From NCBI GenBank assembly GCA_038065615.1, contig JBBTQQ010000007.1:12473-76472 (forward strand): DNA of 64,000 nt. The letters are read 5' to 3'. This DNA comes from Patescibacteria group bacterium (lineage in GTDB: Bacteria > Patescibacteriota > Doudnabacteria > UBA920 > VMFF01). Under the pieces are notes generated by a model. The model searched no databases. It was not told the DNA's origin and saw only the letters and a program-made list of their open reading frames with translations. The stretch's first letter is position 1, and every line of letters starts with the position of its first letter. The position numbers and the translations under genes were made by a program. Positions 1 through 8,143 of the stretch are shown piece after piece.

Positions 1-1020
1 GTTAACAATTCGGAATGTAACGTTTTTTGTTCCAACAGAAGCCAAGCAATCAAGGATGTATCTGTGGTTGAATATTATTTTTCCAGCATCACCTTTTACT
101 GAAGACGAAACATTAACCTTACTTTCTCCAATATCTCCAGATGAAGCACTTATCTCTAAATGGTCTGGTTCTGAAAACTCTAAAGTCACGTTGTTCCCAG
201 TTTGAGTAAATATTCCAGCTGTTCGCATTGCAGAACTTAAATCTTCAAGAGACAAATCAATTTCAGTGTTGAAGTTTGTTGGAACAATTGCTTTGTATTC
301 CGGGTATTGTCCGTCAATTAAGCGAGATGTTAATTCTGTGTCCTCGGTTTTAAACATCACCTGGTTTTGGGTGAAGTAAACAGAAATGGTTTGTGTATCT
401 GTGTTTGTCAAAATCTTTGCTAGTTCTTGTATAGTTTTGTTTGGAACAATAATGTTTTTCTGAACACTCCCCTTAACACTAATTTCTTTCTCGGCTAAAC
501 GATATCTGTCGGTTGCTACTAGTTTTAATTTAGCGTCATCAAAGGCGAATAGGACACCTGAAATTTCTGGTTGACTCTCGCTGTATGCTGCAGCAAAAAC
601 CGTCTGATATATACTGTTTTTAAGGTCTTTTCCATCTATCTCTACTGAATTCTGTTGATCTACTTGGGGAATTAAAGGGAACTCATCAGGACCAAGTCCT
701 TTAATTTTTGTCTTGTAATTGCTGGTTTCAATTAATAAATGATTGTCTTCAACGATCAAAGTGATGTTGTCGTTAGGAAGGTTGTTCACTAAATCGCTGA
801 TTGTTTTTGCCGGGACAGAAATACCACCCTCTTCCTCAACTTTACATCTAATCCACGTGTTAACACCCATCTCAAGGTTTGTTGAAGAAAGTTTTAGCCC
901 GCTCTGTTCTGTTTTTAAAAGTATATTATTTAAAACCGGGAGTGTTGTGCTTCCGTTTGAAACTCTTGATGTTATAGCTAATCCTTTTTTTAAATTTTCT
1001 TGTGTGCAAACTAATCGCAT
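1..1020 (-). CDS. dnaN: DNA polymerase III beta sliding clamp (3' end outside window)
   Basis: Not in ORF track. Reverse strand from ATG at 1020 reads MRLVCTQENLKKGLAITSRVSNGSTTLPVLNNILL...LSSTNLEMG...GLGPDEFPLIP, a typical beta-clamp N-terminus, directly downstream of dnaA. Confidence 0.95.
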   Translation of the reverse strand, partial: MRLVCTQENLKKGLAITSRVSNGSTTLPVLNNILLKTEQSGLKLSSTNLEMGVNTWIRCKVEEEGGISVPAKTISDLVNNLPNDNITLIVEDNHLLIETSNYKTKIKGLGPDEFPLIPQVDQQNSVEIDGKDLKNSIYQTVFAAAYSESQPEISGVLFAFDDAKLKLVATDRYRLAEKEISVKGSVQKNIIVPNKTIQELAKILTNTDTQTISVYFTQNQVMFKTEDTELTSRLIDGQYPEYKAIVPTNFNTEIDLSLEDLSSAMRTAGIFTQTGNNVTLEFSEPDHLEISASSGDIGESKVNVSSSVKGDAGKIIFNHRYILDCLASVGTKNVTFRIVN

Positions 1021-1261
1021 ATATATTAATTTAATAGTTTAATAAATATAGTAGTAGTAATAAGGGGTGTGGATTCAGTGGAGAAGTTTTTTTATGTTAC
1101 TCTGTTTGTGTTTTGTTGAAGAAAGTTTGTAACTATTATTCGGATAACTTTGTGTACAACCTGCGTCTATTTTTCTAATAAAAATTCCATCTTTTTTTAA
1201 ACTTGAGTTGTGAACTTTTCTTGAACAACTATTGCATCCTTAGAGGAACAAGTTTGGAACA
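1021..1261. other. Probable replication origin oriC (dnaA-dnaN intergenic)
   Basis: AT-rich 1021-1048, DnaA-trio-like TAGTAGTAGTAATAA 1049-1063, GGGG spacer, DnaA-box-like TGTGGATTC 1068-1076 and AGTGGAGAA 1077-1085, further degenerate boxes downstream. Confidence 0.8.
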
Positions 1262-2623
1262 CTACATGTACAACTTATTCACAATTAAATCTATCTCTTG
1301 CTTTAATGATTCTTTTTCGCTCATCAATTTAGAAATTTTATCTACCGCGTGCATAACCGTTGTGTGGTCTCTCCCGCCGAAGTGATCACCAATACTTGGG
1401 AATGAATTTTCTAGTTGTTTGCGCATTAAAAACATTGCTATTTGTCTTGGTTTAACGAATTCTTTTCTTCTGGACTGTTTTAAAAGATCCTCTGTTGTGA
1501 TGTTGTAGAAATCAGAAACAACCTCCATTAGTTTTTTAACAGAAACAACTCTTTTCTTTGCTGAAGCAACACCAACTAAAACGCTTTTAACCTGCTCTAG
1601 TGTTGGTTTAGTGTTGTTTAGCTGACAGTAGACCATTAAACGGTTTAGAGCGCCCTCCAACTCTCTTATGTTGCTCTGGATGGTTTCTGCTATGTGGGTT
1701 AGAACCTCCGTGCTTACTTCATAGTGTTTTTCCCCGGCTTTTGAGCGTAAAATGGCTAGTCTGGTCTCAAAATCAGGGGCTTGGATATCAGCAATCATTC
1801 CCCATTCAAACCGAGAAACAAGCCTTTCTTCAATTGCTGGAATATCTTTTGGTAATCGGTCTGATGAAAGGATTATTTGCTTGTTATTTTGATGTAAGGT
1901 GTTAAAAGTATGGAAGAATTCTTCTTGAGTTTGTTCTTTTCCTGCTAGAAACTGGATGTCGTCAATCATTAACAGATCTACATTACGATACAGTTCTTTG
2001 AATTGAGCAACTTTCCCCAAACTTATTGCTTGGACAAATTCGTTTGTAAATTTTTCGCTTGTAACATACAAAACTTTTGCTTGTGGGTTGGTTTTTAAGA
2101 CCTCGTGTCCTACTGCTTGCATTAAGTGAGTCTTTCCAAGCCCTACTCCACCGTACAAAAAAAGAGGGTTGTAAACTTGCCCTGGATTTTTAGCAATCGC
2201 AGCACATGCCGCATGTGCAAGTTCATTCCCTTTTCCTGTGATGAAGGTTTCAAAAGCGTATTTTGGATTTAAACCATGGGTATTTTGTGTATTTGTTGGT
2301 CTTTGAGTTGTTTGCGCTTGTGTTGCTGAGACTGTTCTCTGGTTTGTTTCAGTAGTTGTCTTTGGAGAAGGTGTGTTTCCGCCAAGAACTTGGTATCTCA
2401 CTTCCTTTATTTCAGGAGCAATCATTTTTAGTGCTTTGGCGATCTCAATGTTGTACTTGTTTTGCAACCATTCTTTGGTAAATCCATTAGGTACGCTGAC
2501 TATTATATGGTCATCGTTTTTTTCTAGAATAGCTGTATTTTTAAACCAAGTTGTAAAATTGGCTTTGCTTAATGATACTTCGAGGTTACCTAAAATAGCC
2601 TGCCAAAGTTGTTGGTTGGTCAT
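1262..2623 (-). CDS. dnaA: Chromosomal replication initiator DnaA
   Basis: YNPLFLYGGVGLGKTHL Walker A, LLMIDDIQF, C-terminal GGRDHTTVMHA. Confidence 0.99.
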   Translation of the reverse strand: MTNQQLWQAILGNLEVSLSKANFTTWFKNTAILEKNDDHIIVSVPNGFTKEWLQNKYNIEIAKALKMIAPEIKEVRYQVLGGNTPSPKTTTETNQRTVSATQAQTTQRPTNTQNTHGLNPKYAFETFITGKGNELAHAACAAIAKNPGQVYNPLFLYGGVGLGKTHLMQAVGHEVLKTNPQAKVLYVTSEKFTNEFVQAISLGKVAQFKELYRNVDLLMIDDIQFLAGKEQTQEEFFHTFNTLHQNNKQIILSSDRLPKDIPAIEERLVSRFEWGMIADIQAPDFETRLAILRSKAGEKHYEVSTEVLTHIAETIQSNIRELEGALNRLMVYCQLNNTKPTLEQVKSVLVGVASAKKRVVSVKKLMEVVSDFYNITTEDLLKQSRRKEFVKPRQIAMFLMRKQLENSFPSIGDHFGGRDHTTVMHAVDKISKLMSEKESLKQEIDLIVNKLYM

Positions 2624-2681
2624 AGAAGAGAGGTCTCCAAATTCACACGTTTTATTTCAATACCAGCATTCTAACAAGTAG

Positions 2682-2829
2682 TTATCAACATGTAAAATAT
2701 TTGGAAACTCTTTAAAATATGGAGAAAAATAACGGGATTGTTAATATCATGTGTATATCCTGATGATATTTATTCGAAGCATTTTTAGTGTTAAGAGGAC
2801 TTGAAAAAAAGCTGAATTAAAAGTATAAT
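2682..2829. promoter_or_regulatory. dnaA/rpmH divergent promoter region with DnaA-box-like sites
   Basis: TTATCAACA 2682-2690, TGTGTATAT 2750-2758; rpmH promoter TTGAAA(2801)-17-TATAAT(2824). Confidence 0.6.
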
Positions 2830-2857
2830 ACAGAGGTCAATATTAATCTTTTTAAAG

Positions 2858-2992
2858 ATGAAACGAACTTATCAGCCAAAGAAAATCAAGAGAAAGCGCA
2901 AACACGGTTTTAGAAAGCGTATGCGCACCACTAAGGGTAGAAATGTTTTGGCAAGACGACGTGCGAAAAAGAGAAAAAAGCTTACAGTTTAA
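2858..2992 (+). CDS. rpmH: 50S ribosomal protein L34
   Basis: Below ORF-track cutoff; translates [44 protein letters not shown]. Confidence 0.98.
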   Translation: MKRTYQPKKIKRKRKHGFRKRMRTTKGRNVLARRRAKKRKKLTV

Positions 2993-3009
2993 CGCTCTCA
3001 ACAATTTGC

Positions 3010-3345
3010 ATGCTTAAGAAAGCAAACAGGATAAACAAAACCAGGGAATTACAAAAGGTGTACCGCACAGGATTAACCATGCATACATCCGCCCTGGTTA
3101 TTAAATTTGTTGCCTCCCCTAAAACTAGGACTGCTTTTGTTGTGTCCAAGAAAATTTCTAAGCTTTCTGTTGAAAGAAATAGAGTTAAAAGGGTTTTGAG
3201 AGAACAGATGAGACTAGCATTACCAAATTTAGTTACCGGTGATTATATGTTGGTTGCTAAACCAAAAGCAGCAAGCTACGAGAATAAAGAACTTGTTGAA
3301 CAATTAAAGTATACTTTGACAAGAAGCAAGGTTTTAAAGACATAG
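3010..3345 (+). CDS. rnpA: Ribonuclease P protein component
   Basis: FVVSKKISKLSVERNRVKR (RNR motif); synteny after rpmH. Confidence 0.95.
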   Translation: MLKKANRINKTRELQKVYRTGLTMHTSALVIKFVASPKTRTAFVVSKKISKLSVERNRVKRVLREQMRLALPNLVTGDYMLVAKPKAASYENKELVEQLKYTLTRSKVLKT

Positions 3346-3346
3346 T

Positions 3347-3574
3347 ATGAAAAGAATTATCGTTGGATTAATAACTGTATATCAGAAAACCATTTCTCCA
3401 GATCACGGGGTTTTTAAGCATAGACACCCGAACGGTTTTTGTAAGTACTACCCCTCTTGTTCTGAATATACTAAGCAATCCGTTGAAAAACACGGTATTT
3501 TAGGGCTTTTTAAAGGGATTTATAGAATATTAAGATGCAATTCTTGGTCACAAGGTGGCATAGATTTAGCTTAA
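3347..3574 (+). CDS. yidD: Membrane protein insertion efficiency factor YidD
   Basis: YQKTISPDH, CKYYPSCSEY, RILRCN motifs. Confidence 0.93.
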   Translation: MKRIIVGLITVYQKTISPDHGVFKHRHPNGFCKYYPSCSEYTKQSVEKHGILGLFKGIYRILRCNSWSQGGIDLA

Positions 3575-3577
3575 AAT

Positions 3578-4288
3578 ATGGGTCATTTATTCCAGATAAT
3601 TTTAGTTGATCCGCTGATTAACCTGATGGTCCTTGGGTACCAATATATACCAGATATTGGTGTTGTTATTATTTTGATAACCATTGTTGTTCGTTTGTTG
3701 TTGCTCCCCTCTTTTCACAAGTCTTTGAAAGCACAACGAGCAATGACTGAGCTGCAACCAAAGCTGAACGATCTTCGTGAAAAACACAAAGAGGATAAGG
3801 TTGCGCAAAGCCAAGCAATCATGGCTTTGTATCAAGAACACAAAGTTAGTCCATTGGGTTCTTGTTTGCCTTTGTTGATTCAGTTGCCTTTGTTGATTGC
3901 TTTGTATAAAGTTTTTATTTTAGGACTCGGTGGTTCTGAATTACAAACTTATTTATATCCATGGGTTCATAATCCAGGTATTTTAGATCCAACGTTTTTT
4001 AACCTTGTAGACTTGTCTAAGCCAAGCATAATCTTTGGTGTTGTTGCTGGTATAGCTCAGTTTGTTCAATCAAAGATGATGGTTTCTTCACAAAGCGGAG
4101 CTACAATGGATACAACTCAAAAAGCTTTGCAGATTCAGACAGTTTATGTTTTCCCAATCCTAACCGTGCTTTTGTCTATTAAACTTCCTGCTGGTTTACC
4201 TCTGTACTGGATTGTTACTACCCTGTTTGCTATAGGGCAGCAATATTATATAATGAAGGGCAATAAACCAAAGGTAGAGGTTGTATGA
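3578..4288 (+). CDS. yidC: YidC/Oxa1 membrane protein insertase
   Basis: GSCLPLLIQLP, LPAGLPLYW motifs; synteny. Confidence 0.95.
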   Translation: MGHLFQIILVDPLINLMVLGYQYIPDIGVVIILITIVVRLLLLPSFHKSLKAQRAMTELQPKLNDLREKHKEDKVAQSQAIMALYQEHKVSPLGSCLPLLIQLPLLIALYKVFILGLGGSELQTYLYPWVHNPGILDPTFFNLVDLSKPSIIFGVVAGIAQFVQSKMMVSSQSGATMDTTQKALQIQTVYVFPILTVLLSIKLPAGLPLYWIVTTLFAIGQQYYIMKGNKPKVEVV

Positions 4289-4785
4289 ACTTAGACGATA
4301 ATCAAGAAAATCAAGGTCCAGTTCAAGAAATTAAAACCGCGGAAATCGCGGCTTTAATTAAAGAAGCGCTTGAAAAGATGAGCGTAGATTCAAGCGTAAG
4401 TGTAGAACAAAATGTTCAAGGTTTTACTTTTAACATTTCATCCCCTGATTCTAACTTGTTGATTGGTCAACGCGGGGCTAATCTTCATGCCTTGCAAACC
4501 TTGATTCACAATATTGCTTACAAGAAATATGGACCAACCGACCGCTTTATTCTAGATGTAGACGATTACAAAAAGAAAAGAGAGTGGTATTTAAGAGAAA
4601 CAGCAAAGAAAGCAGTAGAACAACTTAAGAGAACTGGACGTCCTGTTGCTCTAGAACCAATGCCACCACACGACCGAAGAGTAATACACGCATTTTTGTC
4701 AGCAGACTTTGATTTTGAAACAGAGAGTATTGGAGAAGAACCAAACAGAAGGATAGTAATAAAGCCAAAAGAAAAAGGATTTTAA
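4285..4785 (+). CDS. jag: Jag/KhpB-like KH-R3H RNA-binding protein (no Jag N-domain)
   Basis: LIGQRGANLHALQ KH motif, RRVIH R3H motif, SIGEEPNRR. Confidence 0.88.
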   Translation: MNLDDNQENQGPVQEIKTAEIAALIKEALEKMSVDSSVSVEQNVQGFTFNISSPDSNLLIGQRGANLHALQTLIHNIAYKKYGPTDRFILDVDDYKKKREWYLRETAKKAVEQLKRTGRPVALEPMPPHDRRVIHAFLSADFDFETESIGEEPNRRIVIKPKEKGF

Positions 4786-4792
4786 AAGAATA

Positions 4793-4829
4793 ATTAAAAG
4801 ACCCCGGAACATACCGGGGTCTTTTAATT
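4793..4829 (+). terminator. Intrinsic terminator after jag
   Basis: ATTAAAAGACCCCGG-loop-CCGGGGTCTTTTAAT inverted repeat. Confidence 0.85.
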
Positions 4830-4844
4830 TAGTTCTTGTGCTCC

Positions 4845-4873
4845 TTGACATTTCTTTGGCGAAAGATTATAGT
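4845..4873 (+). promoter_or_regulatory. Sigma70 promoter of aromatic amino-acid operon
   Basis: TTGACA(4845-4850)-17 nt-TATAGT(4868-4873). Confidence 0.85.
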
Positions 4874-4879
4874 TTGGAC

Positions 4880-4957
4880 ATGCAAAATCAACCTCAAAAT
4901 TTCAGCTATTACTTCAGCTACTGTAAACAGGGTTGGCATTTGCAATTGCTTAAGTAA
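4880..4957 (+). CDS. Putative Phe/Tyr attenuator leader peptide 1 (25 aa)
   Basis: MQNQPQNFSYYFSYCKQGWHLQLLK*; FSYYFSY cluster; upstream of terminator and prephenate enzyme gene. Confidence 0.8.
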   Translation: MQNQPQNFSYYFSYCKQGWHLQLLK

Positions 4958-4979
4958 GTAGATTTAGAAAGTAATTCAG

Positions 4980-5013
4980 CAACCCTTCGCTTCGTGCCAA
5001 GGGTTGTTTTTTT
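4980..5013 (+). terminator. Attenuator 1 terminator
   Basis: CAACCCTT...AAGGGTTG stem plus T7; competing AGGGTTG at 4929-4935 inside the leader ORF. Confidence 0.8.
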
Positions 5014-5024
5014 AAAGGAAACAT

Positions 5025-6311
5025 ATGGAAACAGTCAGTATTATCGGTCATGGTAGGTTCGGTAAAGTTCTTGAAAAGATTTTAAGGACTGATTTTAACG
5101 TGCTTATTCATGATAGGTATTCGCCTAAATCAGTTACTGCTGAAAAAGCATGGCAAGCAAAAATAATTTTCATGGCAGTTCCGATTTCTAAATTTGAGGA
5201 GTCCCTTAAAGGCAATCTTAAATACTTAAGAACTGGACAAACTATAATTGATACCCTTTCTGTTAAAAGTCATCCAGACAAGATTTTGAAAAAATATTTG
5301 AAAGGAAAAGGAATAAACGTAATATTATCGCATCCGCTTTTCGGTCCGGACAGCTTTAGTGCTAAATCAAAAGGATTGTCCATTGTGATGTGGCCAAGTC
5401 TGGGATCAAAAAAAGAATACAAATTTTGGAAGGATTTTTTCCAGGTAAAAGGTTTTACGGTGGTAGAGCTAAGCCCCAAAAATCATGACCGTCTTGCAGC
5501 ATATTCTCAGGGATTAACTCACTTTGTAGGCAGGTTGCTGGAAGCTATTCATTTTAAGCCAACCGCAATTGACACATTGGGGGCAAAAAAACTTCATGAA
5601 ATAATGCAGCAAACTTGTAATGATTCCTGGAAACTTTTCCAGGATCTTCAAACCTACAATCCATACACCAAGCAAATGCGCCTAGATTTAGGAGTTGCGT
5701 ACAAAAAGATTTACGGACAGTTGTTACCTTCCAATCTAGGACTTCCCATATACGGAATACAAGGTGGCAAAGGTAGTTTTAGTGAACAAGCGCTAACAAG
5801 TTACACTCAAGCTGAAAACATCAAACACTTTAAAATCAAATACCTTTTCACCTCTGAAAAGGTATTGAATGAGCTAAATAAAGGGGGAATAGATTTTGGA
5901 GTATTCGCAATAGCGAATGGCACAGGAGGTCTGGTTGAGGAGTCAATGCAGGCAATAGCAAAATATAGCTTTGAGGTTGAAAACAATATTCCAATTTTTG
6001 TCAGGCATTGCTTAATGCGACGCAAAGATGCCAAAGGATCAATAAAAACAATTATGGCTCACGAACAGGTTTTCATGCAATGTAAAAATACTCTACGCAG
6101 AAAATATCCGAGAACAAAATTAGCAACCGGAGTTGGCGCAATGATTGATACGGCAAAAGTAGCTGAAACTTTAAGATCAGGCAAACTAAGCAAAAATGTC
6201 GCCATTCTAGGCCCCAAGATTTTAGCTGAAATGTATGACTTTGAGATATTAGACCAAGACCTCCAAGATAACAAAAAAAATACTACTACATTCTTAATAG
6301 TACGACGATGA
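5025..6311 (+). CDS. Prephenate dehydrogenase (TyrA) - prephenate dehydratase (PheA-like) fusion
   Basis: N-half GHGRFG, DTLSVK, HPLFGP, HDRLAAYSQGLTH; C-half GIQGGKGSFSEQA, AHEQVFMQC, LQDNKKNTTTF; no C-terminal ACT domain. Confidence 0.88.
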   Translation: METVSIIGHGRFGKVLEKILRTDFNVLIHDRYSPKSVTAEKAWQAKIIFMAVPISKFEESLKGNLKYLRTGQTIIDTLSVKSHPDKILKKYLKGKGINVILSHPLFGPDSFSAKSKGLSIVMWPSLGSKKEYKFWKDFFQVKGFTVVELSPKNHDRLAAYSQGLTHFVGRLLEAIHFKPTAIDTLGAKKLHEIMQQTCNDSWKLFQDLQTYNPYTKQMRLDLGVAYKKIYGQLLPSNLGLPIYGIQGGKGSFSEQALTSYTQAENIKHFKIKYLFTSEKVLNELNKGGIDFGVFAIANGTGGLVEESMQAIAKYSFEVENNIPIFVRHCLMRRKDAKGSIKTIMAHEQVFMQCKNTLRRKYPRTKLATGVGAMIDTAKVAETLRSGKLSKNVAILGPKILAEMYDFEILDQDLQDNKKNTTTFLIVRR

Positions 6312-6358
6312 AAAAGCTCTATACACAATCTTTTTACTTTTATTTTATGCCTGGCTGA
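6308..6358 (+). CDS. Putative Phe/Tyr attenuator leader peptide 2 (16 aa)
   Basis: MKKLYTQSFYFYFMPG*; ATG overlaps upstream TGA (ATGA); FYFYF run. Confidence 0.8.
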   Translation: MKKLYTQSFYFYFMPG

Positions 6359-6390
6359 AGCTAGGGATTTTGAGTTGAAAAAATCGACTC

Positions 6391-6421
6391 AAGCTTCCTG
6401 GTTTTGGCCAGGAAGCTTTTT
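6391..6421 (+). terminator. Attenuator 2 terminator
   Basis: 11-bp stem AAGCTTCCTGG/CCAGGAAGCTT ending in T-run, directly upstream of the DAHP synthase gene. Confidence 0.82.
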
Positions 6422-6473
6422 GGTTCTTTAACAACCTTACCATGTCACCTTGTCACCCTTTTGGAGAAACACC

Positions 6474-7334
6474 ATGACACGAAAGATGCGTTACGAGAAA
6501 GTAATCCCTGTTATGAAGCACCAAAATTTGGTTAAGATCGGACATATGCACCTTGGTGGATGCGATTTTAAAACGGAGAAGTGCAGACCGTTTGTGATCG
6601 CCGGTCCATGCTCAGTAGAAGGGCTGGAGACGATGGAACAAACCGCTCGTTCTGTGCAGAGTTCTGGGGCAACAGCCCTGCGTGGTGGCGCTTTCAAACC
6701 TAGAACATCTCCGTATGAATTCCGGGGAATGCAGGAGGAAGGGCTAAAGATTCTGCGCGAGGTCAGTAATCAAACCAACATGCCGGTAGTGACTGAAGCA
6801 ATGGATACCAGACATGTTGATCTGGTTGCTTCCTATGCTGACGCCATCCAAATCGGCGCGCGAAACATGCAAAACTTCGCATTGCTTGAAGCATCTGGGG
6901 CAACAGGGAAACCTGTCCTGCTGAAGCGGGGGCCTTCGGCGACAATCAAGGAATTCTTGCTCGCCGCAGAATATATCATGAACGCAGGATCCCACGACCA
7001 GGTAATTCTGTGCGAGCGCGGGTTACGCAGCTTTGATAGCTACACCAGGAACCTTCTCGATATATCGGCTGTACCCGTGTTGCAATCAATGACTGATTTG
7101 CCTGTGATCGTTGATCCGAGCCATGCTGCCGGACGCAGTGATATTGTTCCCGCTTTATGCTATGCGGCTATTGCAGCAGGTGCGAACGGGCTAATTGTGG
7201 AAGTGCATCCCAACCCCAGAAAAGCGTTAACTGACGGTGATCAATCGCTCAACCTGTTTCAGTTTAGATACATGATGTACAAATTGGAATTGATTTCGGC
7301 CTGTACGCGGAGCAATGAAGGGGGTTACTCATGA
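6474..7334 (+). CDS. aroF: DAHP synthase, class I-beta (no N-terminal regulatory domain)
   Basis: [43 protein letters not shown] motifs; start moved to ATG 6474 after GGAG. Confidence 0.93.
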   Translation: MTRKMRYEKVIPVMKHQNLVKIGHMHLGGCDFKTEKCRPFVIAGPCSVEGLETMEQTARSVQSSGATALRGGAFKPRTSPYEFRGMQEEGLKILREVSNQTNMPVVTEAMDTRHVDLVASYADAIQIGARNMQNFALLEASGATGKPVLLKRGPSATIKEFLLAAEYIMNAGSHDQVILCERGLRSFDSYTRNLLDISAVPVLQSMTDLPVIVDPSHAAGRSDIVPALCYAAIAAGANGLIVEVHPNPRKALTDGDQSLNLFQFRYMMYKLELISACTRSNEGGYS

Positions 7335-7855
7335 ACGACTCTGGACATCGGCTTCTAAGTCTGCGAAGCAAAATTAAGAAAATTGATCTGCAAGTTCTTA
7401 AGCTAATTGCCCAAAGGATGGCGGTTGCAGAACAGATCGGGAGAACGAAGGCAGAATTTAGAATTCCGATTGAGAACGCTGAACAAGAAAGGGCCGTAAT
7501 GAACACCATATTGGTTGCTGCGGAGCAGGCTGCTCTCCCAGCAGACGATGTGACAGAAATCTTTTTGCTAATAATCTCTCTCAGCAAGAAGATGCAGGGT
7601 GCAATCATGAAGAAAAAGGAGGTCAAATCCGGCGTCGTCAAAGAAGAGATAATCCATGGCTTGGGTTATTGGACCAGACACGGATTTACGTCGGTGCCAG
7701 ACGAGAAATTCACCGAAGCGGAGATTATTGCCGCAAATGGGGGTAGCAGAGTTGGCGCGGGATACACAAATCTCGCCGGTGAAAACTGTGAGCTTCCAAG
7801 CTATTACCGTAGATGGAGCAAGTGGTGTAAAACAACAACTGAACCGGAGGAATAA
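7331..7855 (+). CDS. Chorismate mutase (AroQ type) with unrelated ~80 aa C-terminal extension
   Basis: [30 protein letters not shown]...QERAV AroQ pattern; ATGA overlap with aroF. Confidence 0.82.
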   Translation: MNDSGHRLLSLRSKIKKIDLQVLKLIAQRMAVAEQIGRTKAEFRIPIENAEQERAVMNTILVAAEQAALPADDVTEIFLLIISLSKKMQGAIMKKKEVKSGVVKEEIIHGLGYWTRHGFTSVPDEKFTEAEIIAANGGSRVGAGYTNLAGENCELPSYYRRWSKWCKTTTEPEE

Positions 7856-7925
7856 TTAGGCCAACAAAATCATGGCAGATACACGGTAAGGGTTCCAATT
7901 CACTGCAAAGTGGATTGAGAACCCC

Positions 7926-7964
7926 CTGCCCTTAACACATCAATTGTTGGTGTCTTGAGGACAG
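7926..7964 (+). repeat. 39-nt hairpin motif, copy A
   Basis: CTGCCCTTAACACATCAATTGTTGGTGTCTTGAGGACAG; 34/39 identical to 41087-41125. Confidence 0.8.
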
Positions 7965-8111
7965 ACCATCTAAATTTCGTTCCCAAGTAAACTGTCTAAA
8001 AGCTTTTTATAACATTATTACCAATGGTGTTTGATTCGTTGACGCCAAATTGACAAGACGAATCAAACATAATATTCTGATTTTGGTAAGCTGATATTCT
8101 ACCTGTCAGGA

Positions 8112-8143
8112 AAAGCCCCGCATTTAGCGGGGCTTTGTTTTTT
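8112..8143 (+). terminator. Terminator between convergent genes
   Basis: AAAGCCC...GGGCTTT followed by T-rich run. Confidence 0.7.

Noticed and set aside
4934-4936. Trp sensing by leader peptide 1
   Set aside because: The single Trp codon lies within the antiterminator strand, so stalling there would not favour read-through
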